A stretch of DNA of 60,307 nt from Anaerolineae bacterium. Lineage in GTDB: Bacteria; Chloroflexota; Anaerolineae; S140-20. Positions 36,864-47,522 of the stretch are shown piece after piece. The notes beneath the pieces were generated by a model that saw nothing but the letters and a program-made list of their open reading frames with translations, was not told the DNA's origin and made no database searches. Positions within the stretch are counted from its first letter, which is position 1; every line of letters begins with the position of its first letter. The position numbers and the translations under genes are program-made. Location of the stretch: contig JALUTT010000034.1 in assembly GCA_027021705.1 (NCBI GenBank), positions 1 to 60,307 of the forward strand, written 5' to 3'.

Positions 36864-39800
36864 CTAATCCCCAACTACGGTGAAGTGCCCCACAGGGATG
36901 GCGTCGTGGGGTAGCCGCTCCCCCTGAGTGTTGTGCACCGGCAGCCGGGCTAGGGGGTCCGCCGGGTCATAGAGGCCGACGAGGATGGTGTACGCTCCCG
37001 TTGGCGCGTCGGTCGGCAGCAAGACCCGGTAGCGGTCCTCCACCACCTCCCCCGGCAGCCAGTGATCAGTGGGGTGACGCCCTCCCTGGGGAAAGCGGTC
37101 CACCTGGCCGTGGATCTGCCCGTCCGGCCCCACCAGGTGGACAAAGACCTTGTAGGAACGTCCCACCTCCCCTTCAGCCCGCCAGTAGAGGACCAACGAG
37201 ACCGCTTCCCCAGGCCGTCGGTTGCCTTCCTCCTGGCGGACACCTACCAGGGCGATCTCTTCCCCCAGACGGTAGGCCAAGGGAGTCGCCGTCGTCGGCA
37301 GCGCGAAGGTTCGGGTGATCTCCACCCAGAGCCGGCCCAAGGCCACCCGCTCCTCTCCGGCAACCGCCCAGACCGTCGTTTCCCCCCCCCAAGCGTGGGG
37401 GGAGACGGGCAGCCGGGTCACCGTCCGGTAGCGATCCCCCACCCGCCAGCGGGCCATCGCCCCCGGCTCCGGCAACAGGGGAACCGCCTCCCCCGCTTCC
37501 CCCCGCGCGTCCTCCAGGCGCAGGCGGGGTTCCCGGAAGGCCCCCCGCACCTCCCAGGCCGCCTCCACCGTGGCCGTCTCGCCGGGCAGCAGGTGCTCCG
37601 GCTCCACCCGGGCGGCCAGGAGCGCCAACCCGCCCAGCCGCTGCACCGATCCGGCCTCGGTCACCAGCGTCCCCGTGTAGGGCCGGAGGGGCCGGTCCAC
37701 GGTGACCGGCCCCGCCGAGACGACGCCCCGGACGGTGCCGTCGGGTTCGTAGAGCCGCAGGTCCAGCCGGTAGAAGGCCCCCGGCGGCGTGCCAGGGGTT
37801 GGCCGGACCTGGTAGCGGCCCAGGATCGGTTCCCCCTGGGGCCATCGGCCGGCCACCAGGTAGGGGCCGCTGATGGGTCCATCGGCCCGCCCCCACTCGA
37901 TGCCGGCCTCGTCCACCAACCGGGCGGAGACGTAGAGGTGCAGCGGCAGCGGCCCCGACGCCTCCCAGAAGCAGTGGGCGGTCAGCGGCCGATCTCCCGG
38001 CGTCTCCGGTGGGACCCGGCAGCCGCGCAGCCGGAGGGGGAGGGGGGCGGCATCAGAGCCAACGGGCTCGGCCTGGGCTGCGGGCGGGACCTGGGGCTCG
38101 GGGGGGAGGGGGAGCGCTGCCGATGGCAGCCGGTAGTGGCGCAGCCGGGGGAGCGGTGCCGGCGGTGCGACGGGCACGGCCTCTCCGACCTGCTCCAGCA
38201 GGTAGGGGACCACCCCCGTCGGGTCCACCACCTCGTCCTGCCACTGGACCAGCCAGACCCCCGACCGACCGCGCAGCAGCGGGTTGAGGCGCTGCACCGC
38301 CTCCCGGTAGTGCAGGACGTGGTTGACGTTGAGGACGGGGTCGTCGGGCAGTCCGGCCCACCCCTGGGGGCCGAAGTAGTACTCCCAGACGGGGAAGAAG
38401 TGGCCGGAGACGAGGAGGACGATCTCGTCGGGGGCCATCGCCTGGCGCACCCGGCGGGCGGCAGCGCGGAAGTCGGGCTTGGCGAAGGCGGGGTTGGCGT
38501 AGAGGTTGTGCAGCCCCAGCCCGGCCACGACCAGCAGGGGGGCGAGGAGCAGCCCGGCGACCGCGCGGCGGAGGTGATCCCCAGGGGAGGGGTGATCGCC
38601 CCCCAGCCAGGAGCCGATCCCCAGGCCCGGCAGGAGGAAGAGGGGCGGCGAGGCGATGATGAGGTAGCGGGGGGCGAACTTGGGCACGGAGCGGAAGAGG
38701 ACCGCCATCAGCGCCAGTGGCACGGCCAGGTAGCCGGCCAGAAAAAGGAGACATTCGAGGGCAGGTCGGCCCTCGGCGTTTCCCCCGGCCGGGGAACGTT
38801 GGCCCAGGAGGAGGGCTGCGCTCAGGAGCATCACGGCCGCCCAGAGGAGAGCCGCGACCCCGGCCGTCTCCTCGGGCAGCATCCCGCCGCTGACGAAGCC
38901 CCGGAAGGCCCGGCTCACCAAGAAGCGCCAGTCGAGGCGGCCCGGCCAGTACCCGGCGTTCTGCCCCAGGAAGGGGAGGGCATAGAGGAGCCAGGGGAGC
39001 CAGATCAGCAGCGCGCCGGCGAGGGCAAGGTAGGGGCGCAATTTGATTGCGCCCTTCCTCCCCAGCCACAATTGGATTGCGCCCTTTCTCTTGGGAGTTC
39101 GAGAGGTGAGCGGATGGCGGCCGGCGTCCTTCCTCCCCAGGCGCGATGGAGCGGTACCCTTCGGCCGTCCCCGGTCGAAGCGCCGGTCAGGGCGGAAGGT
39201 GTTGCCCAGCACCACCACCAGGTGGAAGGCGAAGAGGAAGCCGGAGGTGGTGTGGAGGTAGAGGGCGGCGGCCTCGGCCAGGGCGAAAGCGAGCCATCGG
39301 CGGCGGCGGTGAGGGGCGTGGAGGGCCCGCAGCAGGAGCGTCGTGGCCGCCAGCCCGGCCACCGCCTGGGGCATGTACATCCGGGCATCCTGGCTGTGCC
39401 AGAGGTAGAAGGGGGAGAGGGCGGCCAGGAGCCCGGCGAGGAACCCAACGGCCCACCGTCCCTTGGGGGCCACGGCGCGGCGGGCCAGGTCCCACCCCAA
39501 GCGGGCGGTCCAGGCCACCGTCAGCAGGCCGGCCAGGACGGAGGGGAAGCGGACGGCGAACTCGCTTCGGCCGGCCAGGGGGAGCCAGAGGGTGAGCAAA
39601 GCGCCGTAGAGGGGAGGGGTGAAGTCCCCGGCGTACCAGCGGAGCGACTCGATCAGGGGCTTGCCGGCCAGGAAGACGCTGTACCCCTCATCATACCAGA
39701 GGCTCTGACCGTCGAGTCGGTAGAGGCGCAGCGCCCAAGCCAGGAACAGGAGGAAGAGCGTGCCCCCTTCCCGCAGGTTGAGGAACCGGCCCTTTGTCAC
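36864..39800 (-). CDS. GT39/PMT-like membrane glycosyltransferase with C-terminal extracellular beta domains
   Basis: LRLYRLDGQSLWYDE, PPLY, SEFAVRFPS, SQDARMY, PRYL; C-terminal LYWRA..YKVFVHL..PTDHWLPGEVV. Confidence 0.85.
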   Translation of the reverse strand: MTKGRFLNLREGGTLFLLFLAWALRLYRLDGQSLWYDEGYSVFLAGKPLIESLRWYAGDFTPPLYGALLTLWLPLAGRSEFAVRFPSVLAGLLTVAWTARLGWDLARRAVAPKGRWAVGFLAGLLAALSPFYLWHSQDARMYMPQAVAGLAATTLLLRALHAPHRRRRWLAFALAEAAALYLHTTSGFLFAFHLVVVLGNTFRPDRRFDRGRPKGTAPSRLGRKDAGRHPLTSRTPKRKGAIQLWLGRKGAIKLRPYLALAGALLIWLPWLLYALPFLGQNAGYWPGRLDWRFLVSRAFRGFVSGGMLPEETAGVAALLWAAVMLLSAALLLGQRSPAGGNAEGRPALECLLFLAGYLAVPLALMAVLFRSVPKFAPRYLIIASPPLFLLPGLGIGSWLGGDHPSPGDHLRRAVAGLLLAPLLVVAGLGLHNLYANPAFAKPDFRAAARRVRQAMAPDEIVLLVSGHFFPVWEYYFGPQGWAGLPDDPVLNVNHVLHYREAVQRLNPLLRGRSGVWLVQWQDEVVDPTGVVPYLLEQVGEAVPVAPPAPLPRLRHYRLPSAALPLPPEPQVPPAAQAEPVGSDAAPLPLRLRGCRVPPETPGDRPLTAHCFWEASGPLPLHLYVSARLVDEAGIEWGRADGPISGPYLVAGRWPQGEPILGRYQVRPTPGTPPGAFYRLDLRLYEPDGTVRGVVSAGPVTVDRPLRPYTGTLVTEAGSVQRLGGLALLAARVEPEHLLPGETATVEAAWEVRGAFREPRLRLEDARGEAGEAVPLLPEPGAMARWRVGDRYRTVTRLPVSPHAWGGETTVWAVAGEERVALGRLWVEITRTFALPTTATPLAYRLGEEIALVGVRQEEGNRRPGEAVSLVLYWRAEGEVGRSYKVFVHLVGPDGQIHGQVDRFPQGGRHPTDHWLPGEVVEDRYRVLLPTDAPTGAYTILVGLYDPADPLARLPVHNTQGERLPHDAIPVGHFTVVGD

Positions 39801-39825
39801 GCCACCTCGACACATTGGGCCACGC

Positions 39826-40695
39826 CTACGGAGGGTCGTCGGGGAAGCCGGGGGAAGGGCCCAGGAGGGGAGGGAGTTCCGTCAAGGCTTTGGCCAGCCG
39901 GGTGCCGGCCCAGAAGAGCAAGCTCCCGTCTATCAGGTGGATGCGGTGGGAGCGAACGGCGGGGACCTCGGTGTAGTTGGCGAAGGCGGCCTTGTCCTCT
40001 TCGCCGAAGGGGTAACAGCCGCCGGGAAGCAGGATCACCTCGGGGGCCAGGGAGGCCATCTCGTCCAGGGTGATGGGAAAGGTGTGGCGGGGTTGACGGG
40101 AATCGGGGGAGAGTTCCCCCCAATCGCCGAAGACGTTCTCGCCCCCGCAGAGAGCCAGCAGCTCGTGGGCGTAGGTGCCGGCGCTGAAGGTCATCCAAGG
40201 GTCCCGCTGGATGGGGACAAAGACGGGGACAGGAGGACGGGCTTGGGAGGCCGCCTGGGTCCAGTCGCAGGCCCGCTCCAGTGCCTGGATGCGAGGGCCC
40301 GCCTCGGCGATCCCTCCGGTCAGCGTCGCCAGATCCCACAGCATCGTCAGCGTCTCGTGGACCCCCCGAGGGTGGATGAGAAAGACGGGGAGGCCCATCG
40401 CCTCCAACCTGCGCAGGTCGGGCAGGCGGTTCTCGGTTGGGCTGGCGATCACCAGGTCTGGGGCCAGGGCGCGGATGCGCGTCAGATCTGGGGCCTGTTT
40501 CTTCCCCACGGTGGGCACCGAGGCCACCCGACCGGCAGGGTAGAGGCATTCCTCACTGCGGCCTACCAGATGGCTCGCCAGCCCCAGGTCGAAGAAGCTC
40601 TCGGTGATGGCCGGCACCAGGCTGACGATCCGCCGGAAGGGGCGATCGGCGTCGAAGGTCCGCCCACGGACATCCCGAACCACCAGACCGCTCAT
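39826..40695 (-). CDS. Helical-backbone metal receptor (BtuF-like binding protein)
   Basis: RIVSLVPAITE, PDLVIA..EN, PEVILLP, IDGSLLFW.G.R. Confidence 0.8.
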   Translation of the reverse strand: MSGLVVRDVRGRTFDADRPFRRIVSLVPAITESFFDLGLASHLVGRSEECLYPAGRVASVPTVGKKQAPDLTRIRALAPDLVIASPTENRLPDLRRLEAMGLPVFLIHPRGVHETLTMLWDLATLTGGIAEAGPRIQALERACDWTQAASQARPPVPVFVPIQRDPWMTFSAGTYAHELLALCGGENVFGDWGELSPDSRQPRHTFPITLDEMASLAPEVILLPGGCYPFGEEDKAAFANYTEVPAVRSHRIHLIDGSLLFWAGTRLAKALTELPPLLGPSPGFPDDPP

Positions 40696-41387
40696 CGGTC
40701 CTCCTTCCGTCCCAACGCCGCCCCCATCGCCCGGGGCAACAGGATGGTGGGGCGGCCGCTTCCCCAGGTTTCGACCTCATCGTGGGGGCCCAGGGCCAGG
40801 GCAACTCCGTCGGGCAGTCCCAGGCCGAAGAGGGCTGGGTGGGCGGCCATCAGAGCCTGGAGGGTGGTCGCGTACTGGGTGCCGGTGAAGTGGGGAGTGA
40901 CGACGGTATTGATGACCCACCCCCATCCCGGCTGATGGAAGTCCAGCCACGTGCCCAGGGCGGCTGCCCCGGCTCCCGCCCCCAGGACGACGGCCCCCAT
41001 TTCGTAGGCATCCCCCAGCGCCTGGAGCAAGGGCTGAGAGACGGCAGTGACCAGCCGACGGGGGTCCCCGTCGGCTAGATAGATGAGGCCCGCCTGCGAG
41101 AGGAGGGAGATTCCGGCCGATTCCACGGCCGGGCCGGCTGCGGTGTCGAAGAGGGGGAGCACCCGCCCGTGGGGCAACCCTAGATCGGCGAAGTAGGCGA
41201 CCAGTTCCTGAGCGAGGTCGGGGGAGAGACCGGCGGCCGGAAGGATGACGAGCAGGCCGTCGGGATCGGCCCGGTCGAGGGCTGCCACATCCACCAGCTC
41301 CGTCTCGCCGGCCAGGGGGTCTCCCCCACCCAGGAGCACCAGCCAGCCCGATCCATCCCGCCAGCGTAAAGGCCCTGCCTGTCCCAT
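40692..41387 (-). CDS. Cyanophycinase/peptidase S51-like protein (nucleophile apparently absent)
   Basis: LVLLGGG, ILPAA, GLIYLADGD, VLGAGAGA, PHF, GLGLPD. Confidence 0.65.
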   Translation of the reverse strand: MGQAGPLRWRDGSGWLVLLGGGDPLAGETELVDVAALDRADPDGLLVILPAAGLSPDLAQELVAYFADLGLPHGRVLPLFDTAAGPAVESAGISLLSQAGLIYLADGDPRRLVTAVSQPLLQALGDAYEMGAVVLGAGAGAAALGTWLDFHQPGWGWVINTVVTPHFTGTQYATTLQALMAAHPALFGLGLPDGVALALGPHDEVETWGSGRPTILLPRAMGAALGRKEDR

Positions 41388-41412
41388 ACTCCTCCCTGTC
41401 CTTCGCTGCCCA

Positions 41413-42618
41413 CTACTTGCTCGTCGGCCCTTCCGCTGTGCTCAGCAGCCGCACCGTCGCCGTCGCCAGCAGGGCAACACCCAGCGGGAGGACCCCCTCG
41501 TCGAAGTCGAAGCGAGGGCTGTGGTGAGGGTGGTCCAGGCCACGTTCAGGATCGGCCGAGCCCAGGAAGAAGTAGCAGCCGGGTACCTCCTGCAGGAAGA
41601 AGGCGGCATCTTCTCCGCCTGTTGTCTGTCCCTGAGTGGTGACCGCCTCGCTTCCCAGGAGGTCTCGAGCGACTTCCTGGACCAGAGCGGTGACGGTGGG
41701 GTCGTTGACGACGGCTGGGGAGATACCCTCGATGGATAGTTCGACGCGGGCGCCCATCGCCTCGGCCATGCCGGCGATGATCTCCCGCGCCCGGCGCAGG
41801 ACCTGCTCCCGCACTTCGCCGTCGAAGGTGCGGATCGTCCCCGTGAGGGTGACGGTCTCCGGGATCACGTTGAAGGTTTCGCCGCCGTGGATGGTGCCGA
41901 CGGAGATGACGGCGGCCTGGCGGGGATCTATATTGCGGCTAACGACGCTCTGCAGGGCGGTGATGATCTGAGCTGTGGCGACGATGGGGTCCACTGTTTG
42001 GTGGGGCATGGCCCCGTGGCCCCCCTCGCCGATGACGGTCAGTTCCCACCGCTCGACGGCGGCCATTATCGGTCCCGGCGCGACCAGAGCCTCTCCCAAT
42101 GGACGCTGGTTCCACAGGTGCAGGGCCAGCACGGCATCGGGCCGGGGGTTCTCCAGGACGCCTTCCCGGATCATTCTTTCCGCGCCGTTAAGTCCCTCCT
42201 CGGCGGGCTGGAAGACCAGCTTCACCGCCCCCGGCCAGTCGTCCCGGTGGCGGGCCAGCAGAGCGGCGACACCCATCCCGATGCTGACGTGCCCATCGTG
42301 TCCGCAGGCGTGCATCACGCCAGGAACCTGGGAGGCGTACTCCACCTCGTTGGCCTCCTGGATGGGGAGGGCGTCCATGTCGAAGCGGAGCATCACAACG
42401 GGGCCGGGACCGGCGCCACCCTCCATCAGCCCGACGACACCGGTGTGGGCCACGCCGGTCTGGACTTCGTAGCCCATCCGGGACAGGTGATCGGCCACCA
42501 GGCTCGCCGTGCGCACTTCCTGGAAGCCCAACTCCGGGTGGCGGTGCAGGTCCCGTCGCCAGGCGACCAACTGCTCCCACATCATCTCTGCTTCCGCGCG
42601 AAGATTGGCTGGTTTCAT
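41413..42618 (-). CDS. M20D amidohydrolase
   Basis: RRDLHRHPELGFQE, RFDMDALP, MHACGHDGH, FQPAEE, GEDAAFF, HHSPRF. Confidence 0.92.
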   Translation of the reverse strand: MKPANLRAEAEMMWEQLVAWRRDLHRHPELGFQEVRTASLVADHLSRMGYEVQTGVAHTGVVGLMEGGAGPGPVVMLRFDMDALPIQEANEVEYASQVPGVMHACGHDGHVSIGMGVAALLARHRDDWPGAVKLVFQPAEEGLNGAERMIREGVLENPRPDAVLALHLWNQRPLGEALVAPGPIMAAVERWELTVIGEGGHGAMPHQTVDPIVATAQIITALQSVVSRNIDPRQAAVISVGTIHGGETFNVIPETVTLTGTIRTFDGEVREQVLRRAREIIAGMAEAMGARVELSIEGISPAVVNDPTVTALVQEVARDLLGSEAVTTQGQTTGGEDAAFFLQEVPGCYFFLGSADPERGLDHPHHSPRFDFDEGVLPLGVALLATATVRLLSTAEGPTSK

Positions 42619-43129
42619 CGGATCGGTCTCCGGGTTGTGCAGGGATTGAGCATACCTGTAGCACTCATCAAACGGACCTTGCCAAACCGTTTTTGGAGTC
42701 GTTGTCCCCTATCGGCTCAATCCGCTCTCAAATCCGCTGACAGCTATCCGTTCCCAAACGGATGGCTATCAACGGATTAGGGGAGCGGATTGAACGGGGG
42801 AGAGCGCTCCCATAGGATATGGTCCAACGGATCGGAATCACCCTGATAATAGTAGCTTACCGTATTGTAGCCGAAATTGGGCAAAGAGCAAACAGTCTCG
42901 TCCGAACTGGGAGGTCCGGGTTGAGAGGGCAAAGCCTTGCGGACCGCCTCATGGGCCGGAACTCCTGCTCTGGCAGGGTGAAGAGGGCTTGCTGACTATG
43001 GACTGTGAACTGCGGACTGGGGACTGAAAAAGGCTCTTGGACCTTGCGCGTCGGCCCGATGTGGGTACAATTAGGGCGGCCCACGAGGCCCCGTGGAATC
43101 CTCGATGATGGCGCAAGGAGCGATAGCCG

Positions 43130-44734
43130 ATGGCAACTTCCTCGACCACCTTCCTGCGAGTGATCAACGATGAGGTATTGGAGACCCACCGGGCCATCCA
43201 GGCCCTTTGGTCCTCCCTGACCCGGCAGGACCATCCTGATGAGCCGGACCGCCTGCCGCTTCCCCACCCCTACGTCGTCCCCAGCACCGGCCTCTTCCCC
43301 TACCAGTTCTACTGGGACAGCTTCTTCACCATCCTGGGGCTGGTGGTGGACGGTGAAGAGGCCCTGGTGGCAGGAATGGTAGAGAACTTCCTTTATGAAA
43401 TGGAAACCTTCGGACGGGTGCTCAACTACAACCACCCGGCCATCCGCACCCGCTCCCAGCCCCCTTACCTGACGGCGATGATTGCCGAGGTGCTGGCCCA
43501 TCGGCTCCCCCTGGACGACGAGGACCGGACCTGGTTGCACCGGGCCTATACCCTGGCCGCTCGCGAGTACGAGGAGGTCTGGATGGGGGAGCACGCTACC
43601 CCTATCGGCCTCTGCCGCTACGCCGACGCCGCCGACCCCGACGACGAGGAGCGGGCCCAATACGAATCGGGCTGGGACTTCAGCTCCCGATGGGGAGGGC
43701 GATGCCGACGTATCGTCCCCGTGGACCTGAACACCAACCTCTACCGCTATGCCCGGGACCTGGCCTGCTTCGCCCAACTGCTGGGCAACGAGGAAGAGGC
43801 AGCGGTCTGGGAGCGCCAAGCGGCTGAGGTTCGGAGCCGTGTCCAAGAATACTGCTGGGACGAGGAGGCGGGGTTCTTCTTCGATTACGACCTGGACGAG
43901 GCGCGTCGCCTCACCGAGCGTCCCTCTCTGGCTGGCTTTCAGCCCCTTTGGGCCGGGCTGGCCTCCCCTGAACAGGCCGACGCCGTGGTGGAGTGGCTGC
44001 CAGAGTTTGAGCAGCGGGGTGGGCTGAGCTGTACCCTCCGCACCTATCCGATCCCAGGCGTTGAAGCTCCCCAGCGGGAGGAAGAGGAACGGGCTTTTTG
44101 GCTCTACGGCCCCTTCCAGTGGGATTACCCCAACGGCTGGGCGCCGCTCCAGTGGCTGACCGTTGCAGGATTGCGCCGCTATGGGCACTTTGAGGAAGCA
44201 GGCCGGCTGGCCCGCGAGTGGCTCACGATGGTTGCTCACCTCTATCGGGAGACCGGCAAGCTGTGGGAGAAGTACGATGTCGTCCAACGCAGCCACCAGG
44301 CCATCGGCCACTACCCCATCCAGGTGGGGTTCGGCTGGACCAACGGCGTCTTCGAGGCGCTGCTGGGGCGGGCCATTGGGGGGATGGAGTACAACCTGGA
44401 GGCCGGCTGCCCCGTCCTGGAGCCGCTGACCAGCGAAGCGCTCTTCGACGTGCCCTTCGAGGCCCGCTATCGGGGCTACCTGGGCTTGGATTTCTCCCTC
44501 TACTGGGCGGTGAGCCCCGATCTGCGGGACCTGGAGATCCGGTTGGAAGCGCACAAGCCGCTTCCCCGGCTGCTGGTCCGCATCCGCGATCACTACCCCT
44601 CGGATGAGGTCACCGTCACGGTGGATGGGAAGCCGGTCGAGTTTCGGCGCGGACCGACGCCCACGGGCTATGCCGCCGTCACCTTCGCGTTGGAGGAGGT
44701 CGGGCGGGCAGAGATCCGCTTTGCCTCCCGGTAG
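43130..44734 (+). CDS. Trehalase (GH37)
   Basis: PYVVP, FYWDSFF, RSQPPYL, ESGWDFSSRW, PVDLN, QWDYPNGWAPLQW, EKYDV, GFGWTNG. Confidence 0.9.
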   Translation: MATSSTTFLRVINDEVLETHRAIQALWSSLTRQDHPDEPDRLPLPHPYVVPSTGLFPYQFYWDSFFTILGLVVDGEEALVAGMVENFLYEMETFGRVLNYNHPAIRTRSQPPYLTAMIAEVLAHRLPLDDEDRTWLHRAYTLAAREYEEVWMGEHATPIGLCRYADAADPDDEERAQYESGWDFSSRWGGRCRRIVPVDLNTNLYRYARDLACFAQLLGNEEEAAVWERQAAEVRSRVQEYCWDEEAGFFFDYDLDEARRLTERPSLAGFQPLWAGLASPEQADAVVEWLPEFEQRGGLSCTLRTYPIPGVEAPQREEEERAFWLYGPFQWDYPNGWAPLQWLTVAGLRRYGHFEEAGRLAREWLTMVAHLYRETGKLWEKYDVVQRSHQAIGHYPIQVGFGWTNGVFEALLGRAIGGMEYNLEAGCPVLEPLTSEALFDVPFEARYRGYLGLDFSLYWAVSPDLRDLEIRLEAHKPLPRLLVRIRDHYPSDEVTVTVDGKPVEFRRGPTPTGYAAVTFALEEVGRAEIRFASR

Positions 44735-45011
44735 AGGCTTGTCGGCGTATCTTCTGTCCACCTCCGGTGTTAAGACGAATAGCATGTTGCGGACCCTTTC
44801 GCCAGAGGAGGTGCCTCTCTGCTCGATCCACCTTGCTAGTCTGTTTTGGAACGGATAGCTGTCAGCGGATTTGAGAACGGATTGAGCGGATGGGAGGCTA
44901 TTCCTTCATCAGGGTGGTTCTGACGAGATAGACCATATCCCTATAGGGGCGCAAAACGGCTTATACAATCAGTTAGATGAGGCACTACTTCTACCATAGG
45001 AGGAGAGCACG

Positions 45012-45815
45012 ATGAACCCTCGTTTGGAAGGCAAGTGGGCCCTGATCCTGGGGGCTTCCAGTGGCTTTGGGGCGGCCACCGCGCGGGCCCTGGCCCGGGA
45101 AGGGATGAACATCTTCGGCGTCCACCTGGACCTGAAGGCGACGCTCCACCGAGCCCAGGAGGTGATCGCCGACATCGAGGCCCAGGGGCGCAAGGCCGTC
45201 TTCTTCAACACCAACGCCGCCGACGCCCGCAAACGGGCCCGCGTCGTCGAGAAGATCAAGGCCACCCTGGCCGAGGACCCAGAGGATACCATCCACCTGA
45301 TGATGCACTCCCTCGCCTTCGGCACCCTGCTCCCCTTCATCGCCGACGACCCGGAGCAGGCGATCAGCGAGGCCCAGATGGATATGACGCTGCGGGTGAT
45401 GGCCCACAGCCTGGTCTACTGGGTGCAGGACCTGGTGCGCAACCGGCTGCTGGGCCGGGGGAGCCGCATCTTCTCGATGACCAGCGGGGGCTCCCAGCGG
45501 GTGGTGCCCAACTACGGGGCCGTCTCGGCGGCCAAGGCGGCGCTGGAGTCTCACACCCGCCAGTTGGCGCTGGAGCTGGCCCCCCAGGGGATCCTGGTGA
45601 ACTGCATCCTGGCCGGCGTCACCGACACGCCGGCGCTGCGGGCCATCCCCGGCCACGAGAAGCTCATCGAAGGTGCCCTCCAGCGGAACCCCAGCGGTCG
45701 GCTGACGACGCCGGAGGATGTGGCGACGACGTTGGCCGTGCTGGCCGACCCTCGGCTCACCTGGATCACCGGAGCCATCATCCCAGTGGACGGTGGGGAG
45801 ATGATCACGGGATAA
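45012..45815 (+). CDS. SDR oxidoreductase, FabL-like enoyl-ACP reductase
   Basis: LGASSGFG, YGAVSAAKAALE, TDTPAL, WITGAIIPVDGG. Confidence 0.8.
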   Translation: MNPRLEGKWALILGASSGFGAATARALAREGMNIFGVHLDLKATLHRAQEVIADIEAQGRKAVFFNTNAADARKRARVVEKIKATLAEDPEDTIHLMMHSLAFGTLLPFIADDPEQAISEAQMDMTLRVMAHSLVYWVQDLVRNRLLGRGSRIFSMTSGGSQRVVPNYGAVSAAKAALESHTRQLALELAPQGILVNCILAGVTDTPALRAIPGHEKLIEGALQRNPSGRLTTPEDVATTLAVLADPRLTWITGAIIPVDGGEMITG

Positions 45816-45945
45816 GGGGGCAAGGAGCGAGGCACCGAGGACTGAGGTACTGAGGGGTGAGGTACCGAGGGCTGAGAACTGAGGATCAAGGACCACCCGA
45901 CCACCTGACCACCCGGCCAAAGGGCAGGGGGCAAGAGATGAGAAA

Positions 45946-45984
45946 CGGGAGGGCCCTGGGCGTGGACCCAGGGCTCCCTGTTTT
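45946..45984. terminator. Intrinsic terminator between convergent genes
   Basis: GGGAGGGCCCTGGG-loop-CCCAGGGCTCCC followed by TGTTTT. Confidence 0.6.
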
Positions 45985-46001
45985 AGGGTTCCCAGGAGCT
46001 C

Positions 46002-47522
46002 TCACACCATCCGGCGGGGACGGTATTGGATTGCCTCGGCCAGGTGAACCGGCTGGATGCGCTCGCCGCCGGCCAGGTCTGCGATGGTGCGGGCCACTTT
46101 CAGGATTCGGTGGTAGGCACGGGCGCTGAGGCTCAACTGCTTCATCGCCGCCTTGAGCAGACTCTTGCCCGTCTCGTCCAGGACGCAGTAAGCCCGCACG
46201 TCGGCCGGCCCCATATCGGCGTTGCAGGTGAGATGGGTGCCGGCGAAGCGGGCCCACTGGCGCTCCCGGGCCGCCTCCACCCGCGCTTGCACCTGCGCCG
46301 AGGGCTCCCCCCGCCGCTCGTCGGCCAGTTTCTCGTACTCGACCCGGGGGACGTCCACGTGGATGTCTATGCGGTCCAGCAGGGGGCCGGAGATCCGCTT
46401 CTGGTAGCGGGTGACCATCGTGGTGGAACAGGTGCACTCGTGGGTGGGGTCGCCGTAGTAGCCGCAGGGGCAGGGGTTCATCGCCGCCACCAGCATAAAG
46501 TTGGCCGGGAAGCTGAGGCGGCCCTGGGCGCGGGCGATGGTCACCACTTTGTCCTCCATCGGCTGGCGGAGCACCTCCAGCGTCCGCTGGCCGAACTCGG
46601 GCAGCTCGTCCAGGAAGAGGACACCCCGGTGGGCCAGGCTCACCTCGCCGGGGCGGGGCCAGTGACCACCTCCCACCAGGCCGGCGTGGCTGATGGTGTG
46701 GTGGGGGGCACGAAAGGGGCGGGCCTGGATGAGGGGAACGTCGGAGGGCAGCAAGTCGGAGACGCTGTAGATCTTGGTCACCTCCAGCGCCTCTTCAATG
46801 GTCATCCGGGGCAGGATACCGGGCAGCGCCCGGGCCAGGAGGGTCTTGCCGGCGCCGGGAGGGCCGGTCATCAGGACGTTGTGGCCGCCGGCCGCGGCCA
46901 CCTCCAGCGCCCGCTTCACGTGCTCCTGCCCCTTGATCTCGGCGAAGTCGGTCACCGGGCCGGTGGCCTGGGGCGGCGGCAGCGTGCTCCGGTCCAGGGG
47001 GGCGAGCGGGGCCACGCCGTGCAGGTGGTTGACCAGGTCGGCCAGGGCGGGCACGCCGATCACCTCCACGTCGGGGATCAGGGCAGCTTCGGCGGCGTCC
47101 TCCAGGGGGACGTAGAGGGTTCGCACCCCTTCCTGCCGGGCTGTGGCGGCCATCGAGAGCACCCCGCGCACGTGGCGCAAGCTGCCGTCCAGAGAGAGCT
47201 CGCCGACGAAGAGGGCGCTGTCCAGGGCTTCGACGGGGACCTGCTCCGAGGCGGCCAGGATGCCGACGGCGATGGGGAGGTCGTAGGATGGCCCCTCCTT
47301 GCGCAGGTCGGCCGGGGCCAGGTTGACCGTCAGCCGGGCGCGGGGGAAGAAGAGGCCGCTGTTCTTGATGGCTGCCTGCACCCGCTGGCTGGACTCCTTG
47401 ACGGCGGCATCGGGCAGTCCCACCAGCGTGAAGGAGGGCAGCCCTCGCGCCTGATCCACCTCCACGTGAATCAGGGCTCCCTCCAGACCGATGACCGCGC
47501 AACTGAGCACCTTGGCGAGCAT
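46002..47522 (-). CDS. comM: YifB/ComM Mg-chelatase-like AAA+ ATPase
   Basis: [60 protein letters not shown]. Confidence 0.92.
   Translation of the reverse strand: MLAKVLSCAVIGLEGALIHVEVDQARGLPSFTLVGLPDAAVKESSQRVQAAIKNSGLFFPRARLTVNLAPADLRKEGPSYDLPIAVGILAASEQVPVEALDSALFVGELSLDGSLRHVRGVLSMAATARQEGVRTLYVPLEDAAEAALIPDVEVIGVPALADLVNHLHGVAPLAPLDRSTLPPPQATGPVTDFAEIKGQEHVKRALEVAAAGGHNVLMTGPPGAGKTLLARALPGILPRMTIEEALEVTKIYSVSDLLPSDVPLIQARPFRAPHHTISHAGLVGGGHWPRPGEVSLAHRGVLFLDELPEFGQRTLEVLRQPMEDKVVTIARAQGRLSFPANFMLVAAMNPCPCGYYGDPTHECTCSTTMVTRYQKRISGPLLDRIDIHVDVPRVEYEKLADERRGEPSAQVQARVEAARERQWARFAGTHLTCNADMGPADVRAYCVLDETGKSLLKAAMKQLSLSARAYHRILKVARTIADLAGGERIQPVHLAEAIQYRPRRMV

Noticed and set aside
42715..44887. 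Composite transposon carrying trehalase
   Set aside because: No transposase, no evident target duplication, and the module order is not symmetric; kept only as a repeat observation.
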